A DNA stretch of 33,591 bases from an uncultured Gammaproteobacteria bacterium (GTDB lineage: Bacteria > Patescibacteriota > Patescibacteriia > UBA10025 > JAHIVO01), in the NCBI GenBank assembly GCA_964549245.1, contig CAZJUO010000003.1:1-33591 (forward strand), given 5' to 3'. The position numbers were made by a program, and so were the translations under genes. Of this stretch, positions 7,265-16,787 are shown one piece after another. The notes beneath the pieces were generated by a model. It made no database searches and was not told the origin of the DNA. It saw only the letters and a program-made list of their open reading frames with translations. Numbering within the stretch: the stretch's first letter is position 1; the number at the start of each line of letters is the position of its first letter.

Positions 7265-8582
7265 ATCCTATGATATCCGGGGCATCTATCCTGATGACCT
7301 CAACGAAGAAACAGCTTTTGTGGTCGGGCAAGCTTTGGCCCAGAAAATCAAAGCGAAAAAAATGGTAGTCGGACGTGACATGAGAAACGGCTCCCCTTCA
7401 TTGGCGAAAAAAGTAACGGACGGACTGGTCAGCCAGGGCGTTGATGTGGACGATATCGGTATGGTTTCGATTGACGCCGTATACTACACGGTAGGCACCT
7501 TTGAGTATGACGGCGGGGTCATGATCACCGCTTCACACAACCCCAAAGAGTATAATGGCATGAAAATGGTTTTCAAAACCAGCCAAGGTATCGACTGGAT
7601 CCGCGGTGCAGAGCTGTATGATTTCTTGGCTGATAAATCCTTTGCTGCCGCGCAAACCCAAGGTACTATTGCCCAGCGCGATATTATAGACAGCTACCTA
7701 AAGCACGTTCTGTCATTTGCCGATCGTAATAAAATTAAGCCTTTTAAAGTAGTAGTTGACGCCGGAAACGGGATGGCCGGAAAAATTGCTCCACTGATTT
7801 TTGAAAAGCTTCCCTGCCAGCTTATACCATTAAATTTTGAACTGGATGGTAATTTCCCGGCTCACCCCTCCAATCCCTTGCTGCCAGAATCGCGAGTGCA
7901 GATAAAAAAAACTGTAATCGAACAACAAGCCGACTTTGGGGCAATTCTTGACGGTGATACGGACCGCCTTTTTTTCGTTACCGAAAAAGGTAATTTTATC
8001 CGGGCAGACGCGACCCTGCTGGTCTTGGCAAAATACTTTTTGGAGCATAACCCCGGCATGGGCGTAGCCTATAATGTAATCTGCAGCAAAGCCGTGCCCC
8101 AGCGCATTAAAGAATGGGGGGGCGTGCCGTTGCGCAGTGCAGTCGGCTTTGTGAATTTGGCCAAAGAAATGAAAAAACACAACGGCATCATGAGCGGCGA
8201 ACTGTCAGCCCACTACGCTTTTCGTGATAACTACTATGCCGACTCCGGCTTTATCGCTCTAGTCATCCTGCTCATGCTTATTTCCGAACACAATAAACCC
8301 CTCTCTGAAATAGTAAATGGGCTTATTCCTTATGCCAAAGGAGATGAAATAAACATCGAGGTAAATGATCGGCAAGCAGTTATTGATAAAGTTAAGGAAA
8401 AATATTCTGACGGACGGCAGGACGAGCTAGACGGTGTCACCGTAGAATACCAAGACTGGTGGTTCAATGTCCGCCCTTCCAACACGGAACCGCTGCTTCG
8501 TATAACGGTCGAGGGGGATACTCCAAAAATTCTGCAAGACAAACAAAAAGAACTCGTTGATTTTGTAAAAAGCGTGGCCTAA
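7236..8582 (+). CDS. phosphomannomutase/phosphoglucomutase (alpha-D-phosphohexomutase family)
   Basis: 448 aa. N-terminal FKSYDIRGIYP, phosphoserine loop TASHNPKEYNGMK, metal loop DGDTDR and sugar loop GELSAHY. It overlaps the upstream gene by 29 nt. Confidence 0.9.
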   Translation: MPNLNKKIFKSYDIRGIYPDDLNEETAFVVGQALAQKIKAKKMVVGRDMRNGSPSLAKKVTDGLVSQGVDVDDIGMVSIDAVYYTVGTFEYDGGVMITASHNPKEYNGMKMVFKTSQGIDWIRGAELYDFLADKSFAAAQTQGTIAQRDIIDSYLKHVLSFADRNKIKPFKVVVDAGNGMAGKIAPLIFEKLPCQLIPLNFELDGNFPAHPSNPLLPESRVQIKKTVIEQQADFGAILDGDTDRLFFVTEKGNFIRADATLLVLAKYFLEHNPGMGVAYNVICSKAVPQRIKEWGGVPLRSAVGFVNLAKEMKKHNGIMSGELSAHYAFRDNYYADSGFIALVILLMLISEHNKPLSEIVNGLIPYAKGDEINIEVNDRQAVIDKVKEKYSDGRQDELDGVTVEYQDWWFNVRPSNTEPLLRITVEGDTPKILQDKQKELVDFVKSVA

Positions 8583-9248
8583 ATGATCAAGGCAGTAATA
8601 TTTGATATGGACGGAGTTATTGTCGACTCTGAACCGCTATGGGAAGAGGCCGCTTTCACCTATCTGGCCCGTCAAAATATAACCGCCGTACAGGACGAGG
8701 CAACCCAACGCTATATCAATAATGAAGTGCGGGGTAGAAAGTGGTCGGAAGTGGTCAGCAAACTTAAGCAATATTTTCATCTTCCAGCCAGCGAACGGAT
8801 TATTTCGAAACAGTGCCTGAAAATCCTATTTTCTATTTTTGACAAAAGATTACAAGCCATACCCGGCGCAGTTACTCTCATTCAAACGCTTCACGCTAAT
8901 AATTACCCTTTAGCCCTGGCTTCATCAGCGCCCAAAAAGGTTGTAACCTATATTACGCAAAAACTCGATATTTCTAATTTCTTTACCGCTATCATTACTG
9001 GTAATGAGGTCAGGCGGGGCAAGCCCAATCCGGAAATTTTCTTGACTACGGCAGAGAAGCTCCAACAGCCGCCTTCATATATCATGGTTATTGAAGATTC
9101 TATATCCGGCATCAGAGCCGCGAAAAACGCCCAGATGAAATGTGTTGCCGTAAAACATCCCTATACTGATAATACTGCCTTGCAGCTGGCTGATCTGGCG
9201 GTTACAAATTTGAACCAATTAACGCTTGATGCAATAAAAAAACTATGA
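8583..9248 (+). CDS. HAD-superfamily hydrolase (beta-phosphoglucomutase/phosphatase-like, subfamily IA)
   Basis: 221 aa. Motif I FDMDGVIVDSEPLW, motif II LASSA, and a late KPNPEIF ... EDSISG pattern. It starts 1 nt after the PMM stop. Confidence 0.85.
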   Translation: MIKAVIFDMDGVIVDSEPLWEEAAFTYLARQNITAVQDEATQRYINNEVRGRKWSEVVSKLKQYFHLPASERIISKQCLKILFSIFDKRLQAIPGAVTLIQTLHANNYPLALASSAPKKVVTYITQKLDISNFFTAIITGNEVRRGKPNPEIFLTTAEKLQQPPSYIMVIEDSISGIRAAKNAQMKCVAVKHPYTDNTALQLADLAVTNLNQLTLDAIKKL

Positions 9249-10036
9249 TCGGCATCTTTGATTCTGGCATTGGCGGACTTACCGTGGTGCGTGAACTGCA
9301 AAAAAAACTTCCGCAACACCAATTAGTTTATTTTGGCGATACGGCCCGCACCCCCTATGGCAATAAAAGCGAATCAACTATTATTCGGTATGCTCTCCAG
9401 GATACTAAGTTTTTGTTGGATAAAGGGGCGCAAATAATCGTAGTGGCTTGTAACACCGCCTCGGCCGTAGCAGCCGATCACCTCAAAAAAGAATTCGACG
9501 GCGTGCCAATCTTTGAAGTTATCACGCCGGCGGTGCAAAAAGCTATAACAACGACAACAAACAACCGTATCGGCGTCATCGGCACGCGTGCCACGGTGCA
9601 CAGCCGCGTGTACCAAGAAAAAATTAACCTTATCAATAAGAAATATAAAATATTCGACAAAGCCTGTCCGCTGTTTGTACCCTTAGCCGAAGAGGGCTGG
9701 ATACAGAAACCAGCTACCAAAAATATCGCCCGCAGTTATCTGCAACCATTAAAGATGAAAAATATTGACACCCTGATTCTGGGTTGTACCCATTATCCAT
9801 TATTAAAAAACGTAATCCAACTAAAAATGGGCCGGAGCGTAACACTGGTTGATCCCGCTGAAGAAATAGCTGGACAACTAAAAAAATATTTAGCGCAGCA
9901 TATTGACACGGAAAAAAAATTAGCAAAAAACAACAACCACCAGTATTACTTTTCTGACCTCCCAGCCCATCTCAAAGAGCTGGCCAGTATTTGGCTAGGC
10001 ACTTCTATTACGCCGCAACCCTACCGCATTGCCTAA
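9245..10036 (+). CDS. murI: glutamate racemase
   Basis: 263 aa. IGIFDSGIGGLTV, and catalytic-Cys motifs VVACNTAS and LGCTHYPLL. ATGA start/stop overlap with the HAD gene. Confidence 0.92.
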   Translation: MIGIFDSGIGGLTVVRELQKKLPQHQLVYFGDTARTPYGNKSESTIIRYALQDTKFLLDKGAQIIVVACNTASAVAADHLKKEFDGVPIFEVITPAVQKAITTTTNNRIGVIGTRATVHSRVYQEKINLINKKYKIFDKACPLFVPLAEEGWIQKPATKNIARSYLQPLKMKNIDTLILGCTHYPLLKNVIQLKMGRSVTLVDPAEEIAGQLKKYLAQHIDTEKKLAKNNNHQYYFSDLPAHLKELASIWLGTSITPQPYRIA

Positions 10037-10050
10037 ACAACCAAATAAAA

Positions 10051-10076
10051 AACCTATGATATACATATCATAGGTT
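10051..10076. terminator. bidirectional intrinsic terminator between murI and plsX
   Basis: Inverted repeat aacctatgat(at) (10051-10062) / (at)atcataggtt (10065-10076). On the minus strand it is followed by TTTTTaTTT, on the plus strand by gttgTTTT. It overlaps the plsX stop codon (10068-10070). Confidence 0.6.
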
Positions 10077-11267
10077 GTTGTTTTGGTTGTTTTGGTTCAG
10101 ATTATTTTTTACCATGTCATTGATTTCTTGCTGGATACGGTCGTTAGTACGCTGCCCGATAAAACGCAAACTTTGCCTGATAACGCTGACGATCGCCTTT
10201 GGACCGGATCGGCCATGGCATATCATCACGCAACCATTAATGCCAAGCAGGGGCGCCCCGCCGAATTCACGGCGATCAAAGCGCTTCTTGATATATCGCA
10301 TAGCTGGAATAAACGACAACAGTAAAATTATCCAAGACGGCACAAAACCGAGCAAAAAATATGAAGGATCAAAAAGCAACATTAGGAGCGGCGGCGTTAA
10401 AACGGAAAATATACCAAGAATAAGCAATATTTTATTCCAACTTGGCATTAATTTTATTACTTGCTGAACAGCCCGTAAAATACTTTCACCAAACTTAACA
10501 GACACGTTCCCGGTATGCCCGTCTGTTACTGCCACGTCAAACGGCTGTATCGTATCATCCTTACGTTTGGCCGTTCCGAAGATAACATCACCGCCTTCTA
10601 CATTACCGATAAAATCGCCTCCTAAAACTTTTCGCAATAAATCAAACGATTTTCGAGCTAGACTGTTGCCTTTCTTTTCCTCTTCACCGATATTCAGTAA
10701 GCCGACCTGGGGATGCTTTTTTTGCTGTACGCTTCTCATAAAAGCAAGTCCCATGATGGCAAACTTGAGCAAATGGCGCGGGCGGCAGTCCGCATTAGCC
10801 CCTACATCAAGCAGCAGCACCGAACCGTTATTGACGGTCGGCAGTAAGGCGCTTATGGCTGGCCGTGTAATATTATCAAGACAACCCAGTGTTTTAACCG
10901 AACAATAAGTTACCGCGGCCGTACTAGCAGCGCTGATAAAAGCAGACGCCTCATTGGCCGCTAGTAATTTCAAACCCTCGACTAAAGATGAATCCTCTTG
11001 CTTACTGGCCTCTTCGGCTGCTATTTCCGCGGTAATGACGCTCGTCGTATATTTGAATCGGCAGCGATGTAAAACTGAACCATACTTTCTTTTTGTTTTC
11101 CGTTTCCGGATATACGGCTTGATACTCCCGAGTCGCCCAACAAAAATGATGCCGAAATCTTTTTGCGGTAACTGCATCAAGGCATCCAAACCGCCTTTTA
11201 TCAGCGCTGCCGGTTGTTTATCTGAACCCTCAACATCGAGAACAATCCATTTATTGATAGTTTTCAA
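10068..11267 (-). CDS. plsX: phosphate acyltransferase PlsX, divergent, with an expanded hydrophobic insertion
   Basis: 399 aa. The start is TTG at 11267, 4 nt after the SD aaggagg. PlsX-type motifs: LLLDVGANADCRP, LLNIGEEEKKGN, FIGNVEGGD, DVAVTDGHTGNV, FGGAPLLGINGCVMICHGRS. Confidence 0.8.
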   Translation of the reverse strand: MKTINKWIVLDVEGSDKQPAALIKGGLDALMQLPQKDFGIIFVGRLGSIKPYIRKRKTKRKYGSVLHRCRFKYTTSVITAEIAAEEASKQEDSSLVEGLKLLAANEASAFISAASTAAVTYCSVKTLGCLDNITRPAISALLPTVNNGSVLLLDVGANADCRPRHLLKFAIMGLAFMRSVQQKKHPQVGLLNIGEEEKKGNSLARKSFDLLRKVLGGDFIGNVEGGDVIFGTAKRKDDTIQPFDVAVTDGHTGNVSVKFGESILRAVQQVIKLMPSWNKILLILGIFSVLTPPLLMLLFDPSYFLLGFVPSWIILLLSFIPAMRYIKKRFDRREFGGAPLLGINGCVMICHGRSGPKAIVSVIRQSLRFIGQRTNDRIQQEINDMVKNNLNQNNQNNNL

Positions 11268-11330
11268 GGTACCTCCTTATTCAAAATAAAGGGCGTTTTT
11301 ATTATCCCAATGGTATCATAATCAGATAAT

Positions 11331-11360
11331 AAAACAATCCCCCTGACGACTATCAGGGGG
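11331..11360 (-). terminator. intrinsic terminator of the giant surface protein gene
   Basis: Minus strand: ccccctga / tcaggggg 8-bp GC-rich stem (11360-11339), followed by attgTTTTaTTa. Confidence 0.6.
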
Positions 11361-11385
11361 ATCGCGGTAAAATTAAGCGTTTGTT

Positions 11386-14300
11386 CTACCTACCCGTAGT
11401 AACTTCCACGCCGCCTCTAAATGACTCGTCATAAGCCATAAATCCATTAGTCACAGCAAAATTATTATCCGCATAATCGAAAATTCTGACATTTGGGCCT
11501 CCTTGGGTAAGTGGTGAGGTAATGATTTCTGAATCACCGTTACCGTCAAGATCAGCCACCTTGGCCATTATTTCACCCCGGAACGTTTCTTGGTATGCCA
11601 TGGTCCAATCAAGCAGTGCCATTTCTCCAGTAGCCGTGTTATATTCATAAAGGCGCACATTCGGCCCGCCATTTTCTTGCGGTATCGTTACTATTTCCGT
11701 ATACTCGTCCCCGTCAACATTGGCCACAGAAACAGTAGTGCCTCCTCGAAAATCTTCCGCATAAGCCCAGAACCAATCAAGTAAAGTAAATTGACTCGAT
11801 GCTGTATCATATGAAAATATCCTGACATTGGTACTGCCATTCTTGGGCGCAGTAATAATATCGGATAATCCGCTATTATTCATGTCCGCCGCTTTTATGG
11901 TTAAACCATCCCGATAGGTTAGCTGATAAGCCCAGAACCAATCAAGCAGGGAAAACGTCTGGCTCGTAGCATCATATTCGTACACCCGGACATTCGGTCC
12001 GCCACCGCTGCTCGGCGCTACAATAATTTCTTTATTGTCATCCCCATAGACATTGGCGACCGCAACTTCGACACCTCCATAAAAACTTTCTTGATACGCC
12101 ATAAACCAATCAATCAGTTCTAACTGTTCGGTGGCAGCATTATATGAGTACACCCGGACATTCGGTCCGCCGTTTTCTGCTGGCGCGGTAATAATTTCTG
12201 CTTTAGCATCTCCATCAATGTCAGTCACTACCATATTGACCATTCCCCTATATCCAGCCTGGTACGCCATGACCCAATCGAGCAAATCAAATGTTTGTGT
12301 ACTTGTATTGTATGTATAGACTCGAATATTAGCACCACCATCATCTTGCGGTTTGACGATCAAATCCGCCCTACCGTCACCATCAACGTCAGCCGCTTTT
12401 ATTTCTACTCCGCCCATATACTCCGTCTGATAGGCATAAAAGTGATCAATGAAAGAACCACGGTGGTCAAATACCCGAATATGTGAAGGGAAACCGCTGG
12501 CCGGATAGGTAATTATTTCACGGTACCCATCACCCGTCAAATCAGCAGTGATAGCGTCAAATTCCCCTCGTAGCGCTTCATTGTAGGCGAAGAACGATTC
12601 CAGCAGATTGCCCTCATTATCAAATACGCGTACCTGCGGGCCGCCATCTTTAGGAGTGGTTACAATATTTAGTTCAACGCCGGAAGCTACCCACAGCTCG
12701 TCCTCACTTGATGAACTATAGGTCACTGTACGCGTGACTGTTTCAGCAGAGCCAACTCCATTTTCTGCGTCAATAGTGATCGTATTGGAACCAACAGTCA
12801 AGTCAGTTACTGTTTCTGAAAAAGCGCCAGTAGAACTGTCAACATCTACTGTACCTATACTCGTTCTATCAGCTGCTATGGTGACCGTAGCAGTTGGATC
12901 GGAAACTGTGCCAGCTACCACTACTGAATTTACCGTCACTGTAGTGTCATCTTCCGGTGTGATCAAAGTAATGTTTGGAGCCGATAGTTCGGACGCGGTC
13001 AAAGAAAAGGTAGTTAAATGGTTAACGGATGAAGTTTGGCAATTCTGCTCCTGATCGGTAGCAACTGAACCAGGTGTTTTCCAGGCACCGACATCCGCGT
13101 CCCAATATTTCGAATTTAGATCTTCGTCGTCCAGGCCCATATTCTCCATTTGTTCTTCATTCCAGCACTGCGTAATCGTAACATTTGAGTTGAACTGGCT
13201 TTCCACCTCGGAATTGTTTTTATAAGCTGTGACCTCAACGCCGTATGTCGGTACTTTATCAGTATCGGTATCCGGCACCTCGTAGTCCGGAGATACAGTC
13301 ACTTTGATCGTATCATTAGAATCGTTTGATATAGCATTCGCAGGAATATTTACCGTTACACTATCATCTTCTAAAGAAATTACGGCAGGATTGTTAGCGC
13401 TGAATGTAGCCGTTACCGGATCAGGGATATTGGCCGCCACCAGTTGCAGCTCAAGATCAAGGGTTTCCATAGCAGCGTCCGGCGTGATGACTGCTTCTTT
13501 GCTTTTATAAAAATCTGATCCGACTTTACTTTTTGCGGTAATATGCCAAGTATCGCCCTGGGTTACGTTAAGCGAATATGCGCCGCCAAAGGCAAAATCC
13601 TCAACACGGCCGCCCTCTTCGGCCCAGCCGGTAACATAGGCGCCCGTCGCGTTTCCATCAACCGTCACGCCGCCAGATACCGTTGCGTCAGATTCACGAA
13701 ACCGCATAGTTAATGTTTTTTCATCTCCACTGACAATAGACAGCGTTTGCTTGGAAGGATTAATATAGCTATAGCCAGGCGGTAATGAAGCTGATACATA
13801 ATAGGTAATCGGCGAGCCGCTAGTCCCTCCCGGAACCCCGACTTCTACCGTACCGTCCGAACCAGTCATCTGGCCCATCATGCCAGGACCCATCATCATC
13901 GGGCCCATCATTCCCGGATCTCCAGCTTGATGCATTCCGGATGACGTTGAAGCATCCACAAAAACACCTGGCATGGGGTCACCGGTTGGGGCTAGTACGG
14001 TTACATTAATTGATGAATCTATCTTCCTAAGAGTAATATTTTTGGTAATTGTTTGATTGGCGATAGCCGTCACTTCACTAGCTGAACCGGTTTCCGCTAT
14101 ATAGCCCAGTGTCGGGTCCAGCCATGCTCCCATATTATAGTTCCCGGCCGCCAAAGATAGGCTATACGACCCATCTGCCTCTACCAAAGTCTCCGTAAAC
14201 ATCATACTCTTATAATTATCTGCAAACACGTAGGCGCCGATATTTGTTATGGCATTGCCGTCGGTATCCTGGATTTGGCCTGAAATTGTCGCGTTATGGG

Positions 14301-16611
14301 GCAACATAGGCACCTCAACATTAGTTGCAGTATTTGCGGTTACCGAAAAAGATACTGCTCCAGCTGAAGAATACTCCGCGCCCATTCCGGGGGGCGTAGC
14401 GACGCTCATGCTGCACGGTGAAGCAGCAGTACACATGCTGGATGGTACTTTAAAAGTGCCGGTGCCATTATCTACTGGTGCGCCTACCCCTGGTCCCATC
14501 ATCATATCACCGCCATAACCGCCCGCCTGATCAACAAAGGCATATCCAAAAACCCCTACTTGATCTCCATTTTCATCGACCGTGGTAACATTGACCGTGG
14601 AATCCGCCCTAACCATCTCAAAATCAATACCAGTCGCATTGCTGTTGGAATTAGGCAAGGCGGCTGATATTGGCGCTCCTAAATATAGGTACTGTTCTCC
14701 TGAACCGCCGTATCCGCCCATATCGGTCATCGGTGAACACTGGTAGGTAGCACCGCCAAACGCCCCAAAACTAAAATCTCCATTACTGTCCGTCTGATCC
14801 GATGCCCACTTTCCCCAATCTCCAGCCACAAAACAATCAATATATTGGTTAGCTAAACCGTTACCGTTTGAATCGGTTACCGTTCCGGAAATACTGGCAT
14901 TTTTCGGTACTAAATACAGTGTCCCAAGATTCTTGTTGCTATTGGCAGCTACGGAGATCGTCTGCGGGCTCGGGCCTCCCCAGTTATCAGACCATAAATT
15001 CACCATTACCTGATAGGTACCGGCAGGTACACCCACAGAAAAAGAACCGTCCTCGCTATCGGTCTGTACTGAATTACCGAATCCATTCTGTGTAAATATC
15101 TCAACCATAGGGGTGCCCCCATCAGTAAATACCGTTCCGTCTGGTTTTAGAACTTTTCCTCTTATCGTCGAACTGATCGGGGTAACCGTAAAATTTTTGG
15201 ATTTTTGTTCAGCGATAGTATTAGCTTTAGTGAAGCTTATCGGCGTGGGCATATCAAAATTTACCCAATCAAATTCATGATCACTTAAACTCCAGTCTTT
15301 ATCAGCCATACACTGCCATGTGCCCTTGCCAATAAGTAATTCATAATAACCGCTGTTATTAGTCGTGGTAGATTGCCAATCACCTCCCATTGGCTTATTG
15401 CAATTTACTTGAGCGTCAGTAACCGGATTGCCATTAGGGTACCGTACATACCCCTTGAGCGTTTTCATGGGAGTTTCCAGGTAAATCGTACCCATATCAT
15501 AGGTACTACCGCTGGTGACGGTTACCGTAGTCGGATCTGGCGCTACATAACTCCCGTCTACGTTATAGGTATCGAACATTACCGTATACGTGCCGGAACT
15601 GACAGCTGGCATATAAAACACGCCGTCCTCACCAGTTTCTTCGTTTGGCGTTGGATTGTTCATAAATTCCGCTCGTACACCCTGAACGGGCAAGCCGGTC
15701 GCCTGGCTTTTTATTACCCCAGTTACTGAAGGCTTACGAAAACGAATAACACCAAGATCATTCGTTGATCCGCTTGATACTGCTACATTATTCAATTTCG
15801 CTGGAGGTGAATACTGGTACCCGACTCCCCAGGGTTTTTGGAAATCCATTTGGTAGTCACTGCCCGTTGGCGCGTCAAAAAAGTAAAAATACCCCAGTCC
15901 GTCGGAATATCCATAATCCCAATGATTATCATTCCAGATGTTAATTGAAGCTTCAGGCACTCCTACGGTCGCCTGTGCTGTTCCTACCGGTCCCAATAGA
16001 CGTCCTTTTATTGAAGGGGTGCCTAAAGGCAAATACGCCCTGTATGAAGGGCAGTAATCAGTCGTAGCACCGCTCCCAGCATCCACACAGTTTTCATAGG
16101 CCGTGCCTCCATTATCAGGACTAAATGTTACCAGACCGATCCATTGAAGATCGTATATGGTCGAATTAATCATTCCGGTAAAGGTCATGGAAATAGCCGA
16201 ACCCCCGGCTAGGTTTGTATCCAGATGTATTTCATAATAGCCCGAGTAAGTGTAATAACCAAATGTATTCGAGTAATCTGAAAAGGGGCTGCCATTCACA
16301 GTCATATTGGTAAGCGTGGGATTGCTGGTATTATATTCGAACCGGTCAAAACCAACTCTGACAATATCACCATTTCCACTGCCGCTTAGGTTATTCTCGG
16401 TCGTGAAATTAACCGTTATGGTTGTGGCCTCCCCGGCAGTGCTGCTCGTTGAACTTACACTAACGTTAGTAAACGTACCCGGATCAGTTAGTGCCTGTGC
16501 TTGCTTCACGCTGACTGGGCTGTACTGTGGCGGCACTAAAGGAAATAAATAGGCCACCATAGCCACTAAGCCAATATAGGATAATAGCTTTTGTAAGGTC
16601 TTTTTTTTCAT
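11386..16611 (-). CDS. giant secreted protein: multiple carboxypeptidase-regulatory-like beta-sandwich domains, Ig-like segment, C-terminal 8-repeat FG-GAP-type beta-propeller
   Basis: 1741 aa from the ATG at 16611 (the track start at 16623 is TTG). Signal peptide MKKKTLQKLLSYIGLVAMVAYLF...VKQAQA. Repeats of type IxGxVxDxxGNxxxxxxV.....TDxxGxFxxxxxxGxYxV. Eight C-terminal 56-aa repeats GGPNVRVYxYN...LLDWFxAYQxxFRGGxxVxxADVDGDxxxEIIT. Confidence 0.85.
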   Translation of the reverse strand: MKKKTLQKLLSYIGLVAMVAYLFPLVPPQYSPVSVKQAQALTDPGTFTNVSVSSTSSTAGEATTITVNFTTENNLSGSGNGDIVRVGFDRFEYNTSNPTLTNMTVNGSPFSDYSNTFGYYTYSGYYEIHLDTNLAGGSAISMTFTGMINSTIYDLQWIGLVTFSPDNGGTAYENCVDAGSGATTDYCPSYRAYLPLGTPSIKGRLLGPVGTAQATVGVPEASINIWNDNHWDYGYSDGLGYFYFFDAPTGSDYQMDFQKPWGVGYQYSPPAKLNNVAVSSGSTNDLGVIRFRKPSVTGVIKSQATGLPVQGVRAEFMNNPTPNEETGEDGVFYMPAVSSGTYTVMFDTYNVDGSYVAPDPTTVTVTSGSTYDMGTIYLETPMKTLKGYVRYPNGNPVTDAQVNCNKPMGGDWQSTTTNNSGYYELLIGKGTWQCMADKDWSLSDHEFDWVNFDMPTPISFTKANTIAEQKSKNFTVTPISSTIRGKVLKPDGTVFTDGGTPMVEIFTQNGFGNSVQTDSEDGSFSVGVPAGTYQVMVNLWSDNWGGPSPQTISVAANSNKNLGTLYLVPKNASISGTVTDSNGNGLANQYIDCFVAGDWGKWASDQTDSNGDFSFGAFGGATYQCSPMTDMGGYGGSGEQYLYLGAPISAALPNSNSNATGIDFEMVRADSTVNVTTVDENGDQVGVFGYAFVDQAGGYGGDMMMGPGVGAPVDNGTGTFKVPSSMCTAASPCSMSVATPPGMGAEYSSAGAVSFSVTANTATNVEVPMLPHNATISGQIQDTDGNAITNIGAYVFADNYKSMMFTETLVEADGSYSLSLAAGNYNMGAWLDPTLGYIAETGSASEVTAIANQTITKNITLRKIDSSINVTVLAPTGDPMPGVFVDASTSSGMHQAGDPGMMGPMMMGPGMMGQMTGSDGTVEVGVPGGTSGSPITYYVSASLPPGYSYINPSKQTLSIVSGDEKTLTMRFRESDATVSGGVTVDGNATGAYVTGWAEEGGRVEDFAFGGAYSLNVTQGDTWHITAKSKVGSDFYKSKEAVITPDAAMETLDLELQLVAANIPDPVTATFSANNPAVISLEDDSVTVNIPANAISNDSNDTIKVTVSPDYEVPDTDTDKVPTYGVEVTAYKNNSEVESQFNSNVTITQCWNEEQMENMGLDDEDLNSKYWDADVGAWKTPGSVATDQEQNCQTSSVNHLTTFSLTASELSAPNITLITPEDDTTVTVNSVVVAGTVSDPTATVTIAADRTSIGTVDVDSSTGAFSETVTDLTVGSNTITIDAENGVGSAETVTRTVTYSSSSEDELWVASGVELNIVTTPKDGGPQVRVFDNEGNLLESFFAYNEALRGEFDAITADLTGDGYREIITYPASGFPSHIRVFDHRGSFIDHFYAYQTEYMGGVEIKAADVDGDGRADLIVKPQDDGGANIRVYTYNTSTQTFDLLDWVMAYQAGYRGMVNMVVTDIDGDAKAEIITAPAENGGPNVRVYSYNAATEQLELIDWFMAYQESFYGGVEVAVANVYGDDNKEIIVAPSSGGGPNVRVYEYDATSQTFSLLDWFWAYQLTYRDGLTIKAADMNNSGLSDIITAPKNGSTNVRIFSYDTASSQFTLLDWFWAYAEDFRGGTTVSVANVDGDEYTEIVTIPQENGGPNVRLYEYNTATGEMALLDWTMAYQETFRGEIMAKVADLDGNGDSEIITSPLTQGGPNVRIFDYADNNFAVTNGFMAYDESFRGGVEVTTGR
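11389..12650 (-). repeat. eight tandem ~168-nt (56-codon) coding repeats (FG-GAP-like blades)
   Basis: Successive units begin GGPQVRVF, FPSHIRVF, GGANIRVY, GGPNVRVY, GGPNVRVY, GSTNVRIF, GGPNVRLY, GGPNVRIF. Each carries a DxDGDxxxE-type loop (ADVDGDGRAD, TDIDGDAKAE, ANVDGDEYTE, ADLDGNGDSE). Confidence 0.8.
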
Positions 16612-16640
16612 GGTTGTATCCAAAATAATTAATTATATAA

Positions 16641-16667
16641 CAAAAACTACCTTAATAATTAAGGCAG
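16641..16667 (-). promoter_or_regulatory. terminator-like hairpin inside the 5' leader of the giant protein gene (possible attenuator)
   Basis: Minus strand: ctgccttaa-tta-ttaaggtag forms a 9-bp stem including one G-U (16667-16647), followed by TTTTTg (16646-16641). It lies about 30 nt upstream of the ATG at 16611. Confidence 0.35.
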
Positions 16668-16787
16668 TTGTATTAATGCCCCCTTCTCTATAATAAAATT
16701 GCTCGCCCTCACCCAATAATTCATTTCAATAGGTTGGCTGAAAGTTAGAACCTAGTAATAAATTTAGTTTAGCAACTTTCTATACTA

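Noticed and set aside
10077-10094. The 9-nt tandem duplication gttgttttg x2 at the 3' end of plsX.
   Set aside because: It is too short to be a meaningful repeat element. It simply encodes the Asn/Gln-rich C-terminal tail and overlaps the terminator region. It is noted only as a possible slippage-prone site under the PlsX finding.
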